Sequence record: PZ154897.1 | DNA from: a phage | Length of the DNA: 64,000 nucleotides | Direction: 5' to 3' (one strand) | Part shown: positions 1 to 9,543 of the stretch, in pieces | Position numbering within the stretch: position 1 is the first letter of the stretch | Layout: every line of letters begins with the position of its first letter | Program-made: the position numbers and the translations under genes | The notes under the pieces: generated by a model | What the model was told of the DNA's origin: nothing | Databases searched by the model: none | The model's input: the letters and a program-made list of their open reading frames with translations, nothing else

Positions 1-1583
1 TCCTTCAAACCATCTAAAATTTTAGCCACATTTTTAATACCTTCAGCATCAAATGCACCGTCATACACTTCATCAAGAAATAAACAACTTATTTTAACAC
101 CTGAAACTTTTTCAGCAATATCACGCCAAGTAAATAAAAGAGCAATATCAATTCGTGCTTTTTCACCTTGACTAAATGAAGCATAACTAAAATCTTCACG
201 ACCACGGGATTTAATTGTCTCATTAAATTCTTCATCTAATGTAAACACATAATCCGCTTCCATTATTTTAAGATAATGGTTAATCTGCTTATTAAATAAT
301 GGAATGTACTTTTTAATAATAGCACCTTTAATACCAGAATCTTTGAGCATATCAGTCAAAATTCCTCGGTGGTATTTTTCCATTACTAAATTAGTTTTTG
401 TCTTAACAATTTTATCAAGTTCTTCTTGAAGCAGTGCTATTTCATCAGCATGGTCAATAAACTCAGAAGATGCTTTTTCTATAGCCGCTTTAACCTTTTT
501 AGCTTTATCTACCGTCGTGATTAGAGATTGCTTTTTATTGCGAATATCATTTGCCAACGTCTGTTGGGTTTTAATATTATCTCGGTATTCATCAACGAGA
601 ACTTTTAAATTATCACGATGTGTTGAAAGCTGTTCAAACGAATGCGTGCATTCAGAAACTTTATCTTTAATTTTAGAAACAACTTTATCACCGGAACTTA
701 ATTGTGACAAACAGGTTGGACATAATCCACCTTCGTGATACATATTAATGACTTTATTATACGAGTCAATTTTTGATTTAATTAAAAATGCTTCTTGACC
801 GATTTTATTAAATGCATCAGTCGGGTCTTCATCCAAAACAATATTAACTAATCTTTCATTAGCTTCTTCTATTTCCGATTTTAGCGTTCTAGCTTCTTTT
901 GCCAAATCATCATACATATTCTGCAGACGAGTAAGGTTATCACCAGTTAATTTTTTCTGGCGTTCAACGTTATCATTATATATTTTAATTTGTTGGATAA
1001 TACTATCTTTTTTAACATCAAGCACTTGGTTTTGTGAATTTAATTCACGTATTAGTGCTTTATTAAGCTTATCCATTTCAGCTAATGTTCCTACCTCAAG
1101 CAGGTCTTCCACAAGCTTTCTTCGCGCAGGGGTCGACAAACCCATGAAAGGGGTATACCCTGCTGTACCAAGGACAACAATCTGCTTGAAACTGGCATAT
1201 GACATTCCGATAAGCTGTTCAAATTCTGCTTGGAAATCTTTACTGCTGGCAGATTCATTAAGACGTGTACCGTTAACGGTGATTTCGAAAACGTTTGGTT
1301 TTTGTCCTCTTTTGATATAGTACTTTTTCTCATCATATTCCATCCACAGTTCAACTAAAAGTTCTTTCTTATTTGTGCTGTTTATTAATTGACCTTTCTT
1401 TACATCACGGAATGGCTTGCCAAAAAGCCCAAATGTGATGGCTTCTAACATAGTAGACTTACCACCGCCATTTCGTCCAGTAATAAGAGTTTTTTGAACC
1501 TTATCTAATTGAATGTCAACTCCATTTTGACCAACTGACATTATATTTTTATATTTTACTCTATTAAGTTTAAATGATTTCAT
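1..1583 (-). CDS. 46: Recombination endonuclease subunit gp46 (SbcC/Rad50-like ATPase); 3' end cut by window start
   Basis: Manual minus-strand translation from ATG at 1583 gives MKSFKLNRVKYKNIMSVGQNG...GRNGGGKST (Walker A); frame stays open to position 3. Absent from ORF track because it is edge-truncated. Confidence 0.9.
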   Translation of the reverse strand, partial: MKSFKLNRVKYKNIMSVGQNGVDIQLDKVQKTLITGRNGGGKSTMLEAITFGLFGKPFRDVKKGQLINSTNKKELLVELWMEYDEKKYYIKRGQKPNVFEITVNGTRLNESASSKDFQAEFEQLIGMSYASFKQIVVLGTAGYTPFMGLSTPARRKLVEDLLEVGTLAEMDKLNKALIRELNSQNQVLDVKKDSIIQQIKIYNDNVERQKKLTGDNLTRLQNMYDDLAKEARTLKSEIEEANERLVNIVLDEDPTDAFNKIGQEAFLIKSKIDSYNKVINMYHEGGLCPTCLSQLSSGDKVVSKIKDKVSECTHSFEQLSTHRDNLKVLVDEYRDNIKTQQTLANDIRNKKQSLITTVDKAKKVKAAIEKASSEFIDHADEIALLQEELDKIVKTKTNLVMEKYHRGILTDMLKDSGIKGAIIKKYIPLFNKQINHYLKIMEADYVFTLDEEFNETIKSRGREDFSYASFSQGEKARIDIALLFTWRDIAEKVSGVKISCLFLDEVYDGAFDAEGIKNVAKILDGLK

Positions 1584-1598
1584 TTTGTATCCAATTGT

Positions 1599-2453
1599 TC
1601 ACAATGAAGAAAATTCTTTAACTAAAGCCTGTAATGAAGCCTCTATTGGATATCCATTCTTAACTAACATTTTCCTAAACATCACATGTTTAGGACGATT
1701 ATATGATATCCACAATTCATACAATTTATCTTTATTATCCCAATGATAGCCTTTTCGTCGAGATGCTATATGAGCTTTTCTAATCTCCGGATTTTTCCAA
1801 CTAGCAGCTACTGAATTTGATATAGCTATTTTATATTCAGGTTTTGATAAAGCAGCGCGAACAGCCCTTTGGTGTTTAATTTTATTTTCTTCGTTATTAA
1901 ACCATTCCCTTGAAGCCATTGAAATTTTTTGTTTTGTTTTAAAATTATTTAATCTTTCTTTGTTATCTTTTCTATTTTTTGCTACTGAAAAATATTTTAA
2001 TGCCCTTTCTCTAGCAGCATTTCTATTTTGCGGATTTGAATAATACTGTTGAAGCCTTTTTGATATTGTGTCACTTACATCTTGTTTTATAAAACTATAT
2101 TCAGCAGCTATTAAATCAACTTCGGCTAAAGATAAATTTTTATATGTTTTTCCTGACATCATTCTATTTAAAGCATTTAGCATTTTTCCATTTTTACCTT
2201 TTGCTAATAAGAAATGTGCTTTGAAATGATTGAAATGACTTAAATTAACTAAATTCCATGTAGATTTTAAATATTCAGGAAATATTGATTTAGGAAGCAC
2301 GTGATGTGCTTCCGTTTTACCTGGAGTTTTAACAGTTGAATTCATAGAAATAAAATTAATGTAAGACTTGGCGTCTTCTTCGCTCAACACTAATTTTTCA
2401 ACTAATTCCTTTATTAAAAATTCATCATTAATATCAAGTTTAAAATTCTTCAC
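1599..2453 (-). CDS. HNH homing endonuclease, free-standing, with NUMOD-like C-terminal repeats
   Basis: 284 aa; HNH motif AHHVLPKS...NLVNLSHFNHFKAH; basic repeat-rich C-terminus; GTG start preceded by SD AAGGAA; lies between gene 46 and the 46.x/47 genes. Confidence 0.7.
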   Translation of the reverse strand: MKNFKLDINDEFLIKELVEKLVLSEEDAKSYINFISMNSTVKTPGKTEAHHVLPKSIFPEYLKSTWNLVNLSHFNHFKAHFLLAKGKNGKMLNALNRMMSGKTYKNLSLAEVDLIAAEYSFIKQDVSDTISKRLQQYYSNPQNRNAARERALKYFSVAKNRKDNKERLNNFKTKQKISMASREWFNNEENKIKHQRAVRAALSKPEYKIAISNSVAASWKNPEIRKAHIASRRKGYHWDNKDKLYELWISYNRPKHVMFRKMLVKNGYPIEASLQALVKEFSSL

Positions 2454-2656
2454 AAAAGATTCCTTTTAATGTATCTTTTAGACCATTCTATCATATCATC
2501 ATAATCTAAAAAGTATTCATCAAATTCAGCCATGCAAACAACACCTTGTGCTGCTTTTGATGTGATATAAATTATTCCAACATATCTAGAATCTTCTTCG
2601 GTGTAATCAATATTTGCTATGAATTCATCGTTAATGTCAAATGTCGAAAACTTCAC
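2450..2656 (-). CDS. Hypothetical small protein (46.x-like)
   Basis: ORF track 2450..2713; likely true start is GTG at 2656 with SD AAGGA; N-terminus MKFSTFDINDEF resembles the N-terminus of the adjacent HNH ORF. Confidence 0.4.
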   Translation of the reverse strand: MKFSTFDINDEFIANIDYTEEDSRYVGIIYITSKAAQGVVCMAEFDEYFLDYDDMIEWSKRYIKRNLL

Positions 2657-2900
2657 AGTATGCATCCTTAATACAAGATACAGCCATATCTTGTAATGAT
2701 TTAGGTGTGTCATTATCTAAAATGTTGAAGTTAAAAGATACAGCCCAGTCAGTGCAGACCGTGACCTTTTTAATACAATTATCTTCAACCTCTAACGGTT
2801 CAAACCAATATTCAATAATTTCTTTATGCCCAATATCATCTTTTACTTCACATTCAAAATGCTGACTCATCATAACATTTTTAAATTCATCAAAAGTCAT
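2637..2900 (-). CDS. Hypothetical protein, 87 aa
   Basis: ORF track; its ATG overlaps the gene 47 stop (ATGA), suggesting translational coupling. Confidence 0.45.
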   Translation of the reverse strand: MTFDEFKNVMMSQHFECEVKDDIGHKEIIEYWFEPLEVEDNCIKKVTVCTDWAVSFNFNILDNDTPKSLQDMAVSCIKDAYCEVFDI

Positions 2901-3916
2901 TGTGTTGCCTCTACATATAACTGATTTGCATATTGAATAAGTGCTTCGCGATCAGAATCAGTGATGTCTGGAATTGCATTAATGTATTCTTCCATCAACG
3001 TCTGAAGAGATTGAACTTCAACTTCTTCGCTATCATCTGACTCGACAGAGTTATCAATCTTTGACACAACTCGTAATGAATGCACAACTTTTTCTAGTTC
3101 AGATTCGAACTTCGTTAGATTTTTGTCTACCTCAGTTACTATAACACGCACTGATAGATTTGTAAAATCTTTATAGTCAATTTTTCCCTTAAATGGATAC
3201 TGAATTCGACGATGCCAGGTAGTGTTGTTTGGAATAAATTCCATTCGTTCTGTTTCTGTATCAAACATCCAGAACCCGCGAGGGTCATTCTCGTCACCTG
3301 CAGTTAGTGTCCATGGTGTCCCAATATATCTGACGTTAGCAGCCTCAGAGATAGTATGGAAGTGACCAGACCACACCTCTTTATAAGTCTTAAGGAAATC
3401 AGGTTCAAGACCGTGAGATTTCATTCCTTTATAAAAATAAAATCCATTCAACTCCCAGTGACCAACACAAAAAGAAGCAGATGAAGTTTTGATGTGTTCA
3501 AGAATTTCACCAGTATTTTCTTCGCACATCCAAGGAATTAAATCAATCAAACATCCGTCAAAATCTACTGTAGTAGGCTTATCATATACTTTAACATTAG
3601 GATATTTAGCCAAAAGCTCAGTAGAGGCATTTGGATGCATTACATTTTTATAGTGGAGATCGTGATTTCCTACAATAGTATGTAATGTGATTCCAACGTC
3701 ATCAAGCATTTGAACTATTTCGCGAGCAAACTCCATAGTTTTATGCGTGATCGCTTTTCGCACATCAAAAATATCACCATATTGAATCCATACAGTAATT
3801 CCGTTTTTCTTAGAATATTCTATCGCTTGCTTAATTCCATCAATTTGAATACCGCGAATCCACTCATCATCAGCTTTAACGCCTAAATGCCAATCACCTA
3901 AATTTAAAATTTTCAT
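2897..3916 (-). CDS. 47: Recombination endonuclease subunit gp47 (Mre11/SbcD-like phosphoesterase)
   Basis: 339 aa; calcineurin-like motifs GDWHLG, GNHD, GHFH; same length as T4 gp47. Confidence 0.92.
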   Translation of the reverse strand: MKILNLGDWHLGVKADDEWIRGIQIDGIKQAIEYSKKNGITVWIQYGDIFDVRKAITHKTMEFAREIVQMLDDVGITLHTIVGNHDLHYKNVMHPNASTELLAKYPNVKVYDKPTTVDFDGCLIDLIPWMCEENTGEILEHIKTSSASFCVGHWELNGFYFYKGMKSHGLEPDFLKTYKEVWSGHFHTISEAANVRYIGTPWTLTAGDENDPRGFWMFDTETERMEFIPNNTTWHRRIQYPFKGKIDYKDFTNLSVRVIVTEVDKNLTKFESELEKVVHSLRVVSKIDNSVESDDSEEVEVQSLQTLMEEYINAIPDITDSDREALIQYANQLYVEATQ

Positions 3917-4069
3917 ATATCAAGAACCGTCATTGAAATGCAAAATAAAATTATTGAAATAAATCCATCTGGAGTGCTAAAGAACCCAATCCAACATGCT
4001 CTAGTGAATAGATAAAATGCAAGAAAAAGTATCACATATCCAAGAAATATCATTATATCAAACTCCGTA

Positions 4070-4095
4070 TAAAGCTAAAGGGCCGAAGCCCTTTA
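4070..4095 (-). terminator. Hairpin (stem AAAGGGC, UUCG loop) overlapping the a-gt stop codon; terminator or RNA-stabilising element
   Basis: Inverted repeat aaagggc-cgaa-gcccttt at 4077-4094; U-rich tract downstream on minus strand is interrupted. Confidence 0.4.
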
Positions 4096-5295
4096 TTTTG
4101 TAATAATGTCAAACTGTTCTTTAAAGCAGAAGCTTGAATCTTGATGCTGATACAAAAATTCATAAGCTTTTTCACGTTCACGGTCATAAAGAGCTCGGTC
4201 AGATGACAGTTCTTTAATACGTTCAAATGTTGATTCCATGTCATTTTCATCAAACCAAACGATACCGCTATCGTGTGAAATTAATGGAGTATTATCAACA
4301 CGGAATTTTAAATTTTCGCCAGTACATTTCCAAAATACCGGAATTGTTCCACATGCACCAAGCTCGAGATGAGTATATTCTAAAGAACGTTGTAGATATT
4401 TTTTGTCCAACTTACTCAGCTGATAACCAAATCCGGATTTACTCATGCGTTCAAGCATTTCGCTATTTACATAACGGTCGAGAATTTGCGTCGGCAAATT
4501 AGGAGCAATTTTAATTTGGTCTACTTGGTGAAGACGATAATACTCGTATGGAATTCCTTTTTCTTTAATAGGAATGAACGCTGGAGAACGTTCCAGACCT
4601 TCCATAATAGTACTTAGTCCTGCAGGTTTAAGATGTTTTTCATGAAAATCAAACATCTGATAAAAACCTTTCCATGTAGTCGTACGACCAATCCAACGGT
4701 TGATATTCATGTTAATTTCAGAAACATCTTTCCAGTAGGTTGACCGAACCTTCGCAATATCCATAGGAGGCTGAAAGTTATATACTGCCGGTGCTTCTTC
4801 AATATCATCAAACAGAGAAACTGTTTCAGGATACCATTCTTTCATCAGAACTTTATTAAAATCACCATTATCAGAATGGCTAAAAATAACATCAGCTCGA
4901 CGAACAGTTTCTTCTAATCCCAAATTTCGGCGCAAAGAAAGAGAAGAATGGTCATGTTGATAAACTACAACACGAACAGAAGGTTTAATGTTATCAATAA
5001 TTTTTTTATAGTTATTAATAGTGTCTTCTTCAACCGAAGTAGCAGGAACTGAATTGATAATTAGAATATCACAATCATTTACCAGCTTAAGTGTTTTATC
5101 GTATTCTTTTGCCAATAAAACTGGAATTGAAAATGATTTATAATCATGCGCGCAATTACGAGTAAATGATTTATCTTTAGCATAAACCAAAGTCACTTCA
5201 TGACCATTTTTAATAAACCAATCACGTTGCTCGAGTGAGAATTTTGTTACACCACAACCTTCAAGACCTCGAGCCATAAAAATACATACTTTCAT
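4093..5295 (-). CDS. a-gt: DNA alpha-glucosyltransferase
   Basis: 400 aa, N-terminus MKVCIFMARGLEGCGVTKFSLEQRDWFIKNGHEV; length and position as T4 a-gt. Confidence 0.88.
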   Translation of the reverse strand: MKVCIFMARGLEGCGVTKFSLEQRDWFIKNGHEVTLVYAKDKSFTRNCAHDYKSFSIPVLLAKEYDKTLKLVNDCDILIINSVPATSVEEDTINNYKKIIDNIKPSVRVVVYQHDHSSLSLRRNLGLEETVRRADVIFSHSDNGDFNKVLMKEWYPETVSLFDDIEEAPAVYNFQPPMDIAKVRSTYWKDVSEINMNINRWIGRTTTWKGFYQMFDFHEKHLKPAGLSTIMEGLERSPAFIPIKEKGIPYEYYRLHQVDQIKIAPNLPTQILDRYVNSEMLERMSKSGFGYQLSKLDKKYLQRSLEYTHLELGACGTIPVFWKCTGENLKFRVDNTPLISHDSGIVWFDENDMESTFERIKELSSDRALYDREREKAYEFLYQHQDSSFCFKEQFDIITK

Positions 5296-5361
5296 TTAAT
5301 ATCCTCTTTGTTTTGGTTTATTTTACCAAAAATTTATAAAGCAATATAGGAGCCGAAGCTC

Positions 5362-5532
5362 CTATCCACATAATACGTCATACAGAGGCTCATTTGAACT
5401 TTTAAATCGAATGGGCTTGTACGTAATAGTTCCTTCGGCTTTAGCTTTATCATAAGACTCTTTAAAACGTCTCATTCTTTCTGCTTTGCCTTTACGGATT
5501 TTATCGAAATTTTCAGAAGTCTGGGTGTTCAT
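5362..5532 (-). CDS. Hypothetical small basic protein, about 56 aa, below ORF-track threshold
   Basis: Manual translation MNTQTSENFDKIRKGKAERMRRFKESYDKAKAEGTITYKPIRFKSSNEPLYDVLCG; ATG at 5532; followed by hairpin 5347-5364. Confidence 0.3.
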   Translation of the reverse strand: MNTQTSENFDKIRKGKAERMRRFKESYDKAKAEGTITYKPIRFKSSNEPLYDVLCG

Positions 5533-5535
5533 CTT

Positions 5536-5742
5536 TCACAGTTGCCACCATTTTTTGACTTGATAAGAATCAACCCACACTTTCATATTAGGGTCTGCTC
5601 TTACAATAGGAGGATTAACTTCTTTAATTGAACTATCATGGTATTCTTTTTCAGAAATTTTCACACAAAGATGACCGTTCAAAGATTCAGTAAATCCTGC
5701 ATTAATTTTAAGACGCTTGAATTTTACGTGTGTAAGCATCAA
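5536..5742 (-). CDS. Hypothetical protein, 68 aa
   Basis: ORF track; same strand, tightly packed with neighbours. Confidence 0.4.
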   Translation of the reverse strand: MMLTHVKFKRLKINAGFTESLNGHLCVKISEKEYHDSSIKEVNPPIVRADPNMKVWVDSYQVKKWWQL

Positions 5743-6025
5743 TCATATCCTCAATCTGCGATCTAGTAGTCTTCCAAAGAATACTAATGAGTTCATCGTT
5801 ATATGGCTGTTTTAGAATATCCCGACTTTTCTTGATAGCATATTCGTATTGAGCAAAATTATTGTTTTCGGCTGCAATCTGAGCATGTTTATAAAGACGG
5901 TTCAGTTCGCGTTTATTTTTAGACAATAACTTATTTGCTTTTCTTTCTGCTTCAAGACGGTTCTTTTCTTCAATAGAAGAAATAAGCTTTTCAACTTCAT
6001 CATTAATTTCGGATTTATCAGTCAT
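5708..6025 (-). CDS. Hypothetical protein, 105 aa
   Basis: ORF track; charged, helical-looking sequence. Confidence 0.5.
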   Translation of the reverse strand: MTDKSEINDEVEKLISSIEEKNRLEAERKANKLLSKNKRELNRLYKHAQIAAENNNFAQYEYAIKKSRDILKQPYNDELISILWKTTRSQIEDMIDAYTRKIQAS

Positions 6026-6026
6026 A

Positions 6027-6245
6027 TTATTTCTCTAATATAAAATAAAAATCATCATCTGTTAAATGATACCGATAGTTTAATTCTACACCATTAGATT
6101 TAAAAGCGGTATCATACGGATTTTCTGGATCAATATCAATGTCAAGAGCTAAAACTTCCCTGAGATACATTTTAAGTAAATAGGGAATAGCTTCAACTTC
6201 AGGTATTTCTTCCAAGAATCCGGAGAGGTTAATCGTTAGCCTCAT
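6027..6245 (-). CDS. Hypothetical protein, 72 aa
   Basis: ORF track; 1-nt gap to downstream ORF. Confidence 0.45.
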
Positions 6246-6786
6246 ATAAAAAATCCAAACTAGGAGAATCGTCTACAACACTTTTCTTTTCAGCCCCCGG
6301 TGTTCTATAGGTTGATTCTTCGTAATGCGTCATTTTATCGTAGATGTCTTGAATAAAAGTTTCATCTACTAACGCAACCATATCGTCGTCACGGCTGTCA
6401 TAGACATTGTGAACGAAGTAACTATATTTCTTTGCAACTTCCTTACGTTCTTTTTTAATACGCTGGACGAATGCATTAAAACAAGCTTGAGTTATATACG
6501 CATGTGGGTTTTTATATTTCGTTTCATCAAAATTATGAAGCCCCTTAATAGAAGCTTCTATACCATCTGCAATCATTTCTTGTTTCCAAGACTGGGTGTA
6601 TCCTGAAAAGTTGAAACGTTTAGATAAGCCTTCTGCAATAAGCATAATGGCTAATCCGATAGTATCATTCTGACGAACTACTTTATTTGGGTCTTTATTA
6701 TTTGCTAATTCTGTTTTCCAATCAATAATAGCTTGTAAAAGCTCTTTATTGTTTACGTAATTATATTTAGGCTTAGTTTCTGACAT
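6229..6786 (-). CDS. 55: Late-transcription sigma factor gp55
   Basis: [27 protein letters not shown]...; ATG at 6786 with SD AAGAGG; 185 aa as in T4. ORF track extends 2 codons upstream. Confidence 0.9.
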
Positions 6787-6864
6787 TTTCACCTCTTAGC
6801 TCAATTCATAGATCTATTATATCATAATATTTGAAGATCTATCTTAAAGCATAGAGGATATCAG

Positions 6865-7134
6865 TTATCTAAGTAAACAGTATGCTTGGAACACTTTCTC
6901 CATCATCTTTTTAAATTCATGAATATCTATGTAATGATCATTAATATCAGCACGATATAAAAAGTCTAAAAACTTTTTATGGGTGTTAGAATATTTACTT
7001 TCATTTAATTCAGAAACATGGCTTTCCCAATATCCAACACCAATCTTATTTGGGAAAAATGAAATTTTCATGTATTGGTCAACATAGAAAATACCAAAAT
7101 TTTCAATAGCAATAGAAATATTAATTAATTTCAT
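6865..7134 (-). CDS. Hypothetical protein, 89 aa
   Basis: ORF track. Confidence 0.4.
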   Translation of the reverse strand: MKLINISIAIENFGIFYVDQYMKISFFPNKIGVGYWESHVSELNESKYSNTHKKFLDFLYRADINDHYIDIHEFKKMMEKVFQAYCLLR

Positions 7135-7346
7135 GCATTCATCAACTTAGCCGCTTCAAGAGCTGCATCTAGTGAATCAAATTGGTCAACGTATTCAATC
7201 AATTCGCCGTAATTAGCGTATAACCACCATTGGCTAAATTCATACTCAAGGATGAATCCATTTCCTTCAATTTGAGTTAAACCAATACCGTTTGTATTTA
7301 CTTCATATCCGGCAAGACGCAAATCGTTAATAAGAGCTTCGTTCAT
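7131..7346 (-). CDS. Hypothetical acidic protein, 71 aa
   Basis: ORF track; 4-nt overlap with neighbour. Confidence 0.45.
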   Translation of the reverse strand: MNEALINDLRLAGYEVNTNGIGLTQIEGNGFILEYEFSQWWLYANYGELIEYVDQFDSLDAALEAAKLMNA

Positions 7347-7348
7347 AA

Positions 7349-7675
7349 TTATACCTTAGCAATTTTCAGGTCTGCAAATTTTTTCTTGCGTTGATTTTTC
7401 ATGCGACGAATAGTTTTATCGGAAATTTCATGCTTTTGATAAGCTTTAGATTCTACACCAAAAGCTTTAACATCAAATTCTGACAAGATATATTGAACCA
7501 ACAATTCACGGACAGTATTGCGTCCAATCTTCTGATCATTCTGTTTCATCATTTGATGAAGCTCTTTTTCCCATTTATCCAAAATTTGAGGAGTTACAAT
7601 ATCGCCTTTTTCTAGCAAAGAAACTACTTTATCATATGCGTAAGAATTAATGACGTTTTTAATTTGAATAGTCAT
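7349..7675 (-). CDS. Hypothetical protein, 108 aa, basic C-terminus
   Basis: ORF track. Confidence 0.5.
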   Translation of the reverse strand: MTIQIKNVINSYAYDKVVSLLEKGDIVTPQILDKWEKELHQMMKQNDQKIGRNTVRELLVQYILSEFDVKAFGVESKAYQKHEISDKTIRRMKNQRKKKFADLKIAKV

Positions 7676-7707
7676 ACATTATCCTCAATTACGTTAAAAT
7701 TTTATTA

Positions 7708-7728
7708 TCCAAAAAGGGCCGAAGCCCT
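7708..7728 (-). terminator. Intrinsic terminator (AGGGC-UUCG-GCCCU then UUUUU)
   Basis: Hairpin 7715-7728 followed on the minus strand by a T5 run; abuts the stop of ORF 7728..7928. Confidence 0.5.
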
Positions 7729-7928
7729 TAGCTAAACCGTTTGGCACCCTTCCAGCCTTCGTACATCATTGCGGCTGATATTAATATTGCTCCTGAGCAA
7801 CTTGAATATTTGTGATTCCAAAACCAGTTTAGAAAAACTTCATCATCAATACCTTGGGCTATCATATTTTCAAAGAACTGACGACGAGCTTCGGCAATTC
7901 GTTGTGATAATTTAGATTCAGGATTCAT
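7728..7928 (-). CDS. Hypothetical protein, 66 aa
   Basis: ORF track. Confidence 0.4.
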   Translation of the reverse strand: MNPESKLSQRIAEARRQFFENMIAQGIDDEVFLNWFWNHKYSSCSGAILISAAMMYEGWKGAKRFS

Positions 7929-8144
7929 TTAAATTTTCCAGTTACCGTTTTCATCAATAAATTTAATCCAGTCATTTACTGACCACTTAGTTGTATCACC
8001 TTTTGGAGTAACATTTAAAGTGTATAATCCTTGTTTAAAAAGCATTCGTTTGATATTCATATTTTCCTCAGCTGTAACGATAACACTCGTTTGATTTACG
8101 CTTAGCAACTCGTTGAGAAGTATTATAATCAAAATCATCGTCAA
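7929..8144 (-). CDS. Hypothetical small protein; true start probably internal near 8063
   Basis: ORF track; N-terminal part overlaps the upstream ORF in another frame. Confidence 0.3.
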   Translation of the reverse strand: MTMILIIILLNELLSVNQTSVIVTAEENMNIKRMLFKQGLYTLNVTPKGDTTKWSVNDWIKFIDENGNWKI

Positions 8145-8358
8145 TGTAAACTGATTTTTTCAACTTTCTTACTTCACTACGTAATTGACGATTTAGCTCA
8201 TCTTTAACTTCTGAATCAATGCCTTTCATTCTACGCCATTTATCAGAGCGAAAAATGTTTTCAACCATATCTTTATGACTTACACCATCAGGAGCTTTGC
8301 GCTTTCCAAAATAGTCATAATCACGTACTTTTAAATCTTTACGACGATATGTTTTACC
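8068..8358 (-). CDS. Hypothetical basic protein, about 96 aa
   Basis: ORF track 8068..8406 trimmed to internal Met MGKTYRRKDL, removing the overlap with 8354..8536. Confidence 0.45.
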   Translation of the reverse strand, partial: GKTYRRKDLKVRDYDYFGKRKAPDGVSHKDMVENIFRSDKWRRMKGIDSEVKDELNRQLRSEVRKLKKSVYIDDDFDYNTSQRVAKRKSNECYRYS

Positions 8359-8536
8359 CATGGAGTTTAATTTCCTTAGCAACTGAACTAAATACAGCAC
8401 GATCACAAATCATCTGTTTATGTAACTTGAGTATAAGATAATAAACTTCAAAACCGTTTACGTAAGTAACACGAACAACATTACCATTAATAAAATAATA
8501 TTGTCCCTTTTTAATTTCTTTATCAACCACAACCAT
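8354..8536 (-). CDS. Hypothetical protein, 60 aa
   Basis: ORF track; downstream of a T4-type early promoter. Confidence 0.4.
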   Translation of the reverse strand: MVVVDKEIKKGQYYFINGNVVRVTYVNGFEVYYLILKLHKQMICDRAVFSSVAKEIKLHG

Positions 8537-8564
8537 ATCAAATCCTCAAAGGCAATTCATATGT

Positions 8565-8596
8565 TAATAATACCACAGTTTGAACTTCTTGTAAAC
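8565..8596 (-). promoter_or_regulatory. T4-type early promoter (-35 GTTTAC, about 17-18 bp spacer, extended -10 TGTGGTATTAT)
   Basis: Plus-strand gtaaac at 8591-8596 and taataatacca at 8566-8575, with an A/T-rich upstream element. Confidence 0.5.
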
Positions 8597-8667
8597 AACT
8601 TTGTGAAAATTATTTTAGGGAACGATAAGAAGGGAACGATAGCTTAGAATGGTAATATACAGAATGT

Positions 8668-8692
8668 GAGAAAGAAAGGCCCAGAGGGCCCG
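8668..8692 (-). terminator. Terminator-like hairpin (GGCCC-loop-GGGCC then U-rich tract) after nrdH
   Basis: Inverted repeat ggccc-agag-ggccc at 8678-8691 with plus-strand A-run 8671-8677. Confidence 0.45.
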
Positions 8693-8694
8693 TC

Positions 8695-9018
8695 TTAGTC
8701 TTCTATGATATCTCTATCATATCCAAGTGAAATGAGAGTTTCTTTGAAGTGTTTAATGTTCTTTTGTCTAGAATCATTAATGAAAATGACTGGATAACGA
8801 ATGTTAAGAGATGTGAATCCAGCGCGTTTAGCAAGAGATACAATCAATGGACGATCATACTCGATCTTACCATTATTTGTAAGAACTTTATAGAAAGTAA
8901 AAGGAGCATTGAGCTCCTTTAGAAGTTTTGTAACTGATTGACATCCAGGACAACGACCTACTTCATCTGGAATTCCATAGACTTCAATCTTATTCTTTAA
9001 GTTCGAGTTTTGTTCCAC
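8695..9018 (-). CDS. nrdH: Glutaredoxin-like protein NrdH
   Basis: CPGC redox motif (EVYGIPDEVGRCPGCQS); ORF track 8695..9147 has a hydrophobic N-extension overlapping the upstream ORF, so start is placed at in-frame GTG about 9018; start uncertain. Confidence 0.55.
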   Translation of the reverse strand: MEQNSNLKNKIEVYGIPDEVGRCPGCQSVTKLLKELNAPFTFYKVLTNNGKIEYDRPLIVSLAKRAGFTSLNIRYPVIFINDSRQKNIKHFKETLISLGYDRDIIED

Positions 9019-9301
9019 GAGAAATAATTCCTTGATAAGCCCAGTATGGCGGGTTAACAGAATCATCGCCAGAATTTTCTTCAGGAAAATAAACCTGGAT
9101 AACAAATCCAGATGCATCAAAGGTAAAATAAACCGTAGGCAGTTCACCTAACAATTCAGCACGAGCATTAATTTCTTCGAGATCTCGTTCACGTCCAGCC
9201 CAAAAACTAGGATTTAGACTACATTCATAGAAATAATAGTCATTACCAAACATATCAAACCCCTTCCAACTCTCTACCACATACTGCTCAAAACTAATCA
9301 T
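8990..9301 (-). CDS. Hypothetical protein, 103 aa
   Basis: ORF track. Confidence 0.45.
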   Translation of the reverse strand: MISFEQYVVESWKGFDMFGNDYYFYECSLNPSFWAGRERDLEEINARAELLGELPTVYFTFDASGFVIQVYFPEENSGDDSVNPPYWAYQGIISRGTKLELKE

Positions 9302-9303
9302 AA

Positions 9304-9543
9304 TTAAGCCTTTTTATCAAGAACAGCATTAAGCTTGTTAGTAATTTTATCCAGACGCTCATTGAACTCGCTAGAAGATAAGCCTTTTTCTGGAGAAATT
9401 AAGCTAATTACGAAAAATATAGCAATAAAAGGAATAAGAAAAATAGCACCAACTGCCATAAACAAAAAGAACGTTACAGTTGTAAGAAAATCAGCTAAAC
9501 CTTTACGAAATTTATACATATTTACCCTTAATTGATTAACCAA
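9304..9543 (-). CDS. Small membrane protein, 79 aa
   Basis: Hydrophobic segment FLTTVTFFLFMAVGAIFLIPFIAIFFVISLI. Confidence 0.45.
   Translation of the reverse strand: MVNQLRVNMYKFRKGLADFLTTVTFFLFMAVGAIFLIPFIAIFFVISLISPEKGLSSSEFNERLDKITNKLNAVLDKKA

Noticed and set aside
1091-1354. 87-aa minus-strand ORF
   Set aside because: It is an alternative frame inside gene 46, whose own frame is open and recognisable across this region.
4053-4253. 66-aa minus-strand ORF
   Set aside because: Overlaps the 3' end of a-gt and the terminator hairpin in another frame.
4227-4502. 91-aa plus-strand ORF (and similar plus-strand ORFs at 2641, 6409, 9335, 10021, 10898, 11777, 12214, 15288, 16262, 16960, 21189, 22197, 22678, 23539, 23893, 26272, 26429, 26762, 27096, 28797, 30396, 32243, 32826, 35588, 36622, 41479, 41832, 42175, 42255, 44403, 45416)
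   Set aside because: All lie antisense within confidently assigned minus-strand genes in the early block and lack translation signals; treated as frame artefacts of AT-rich DNA.
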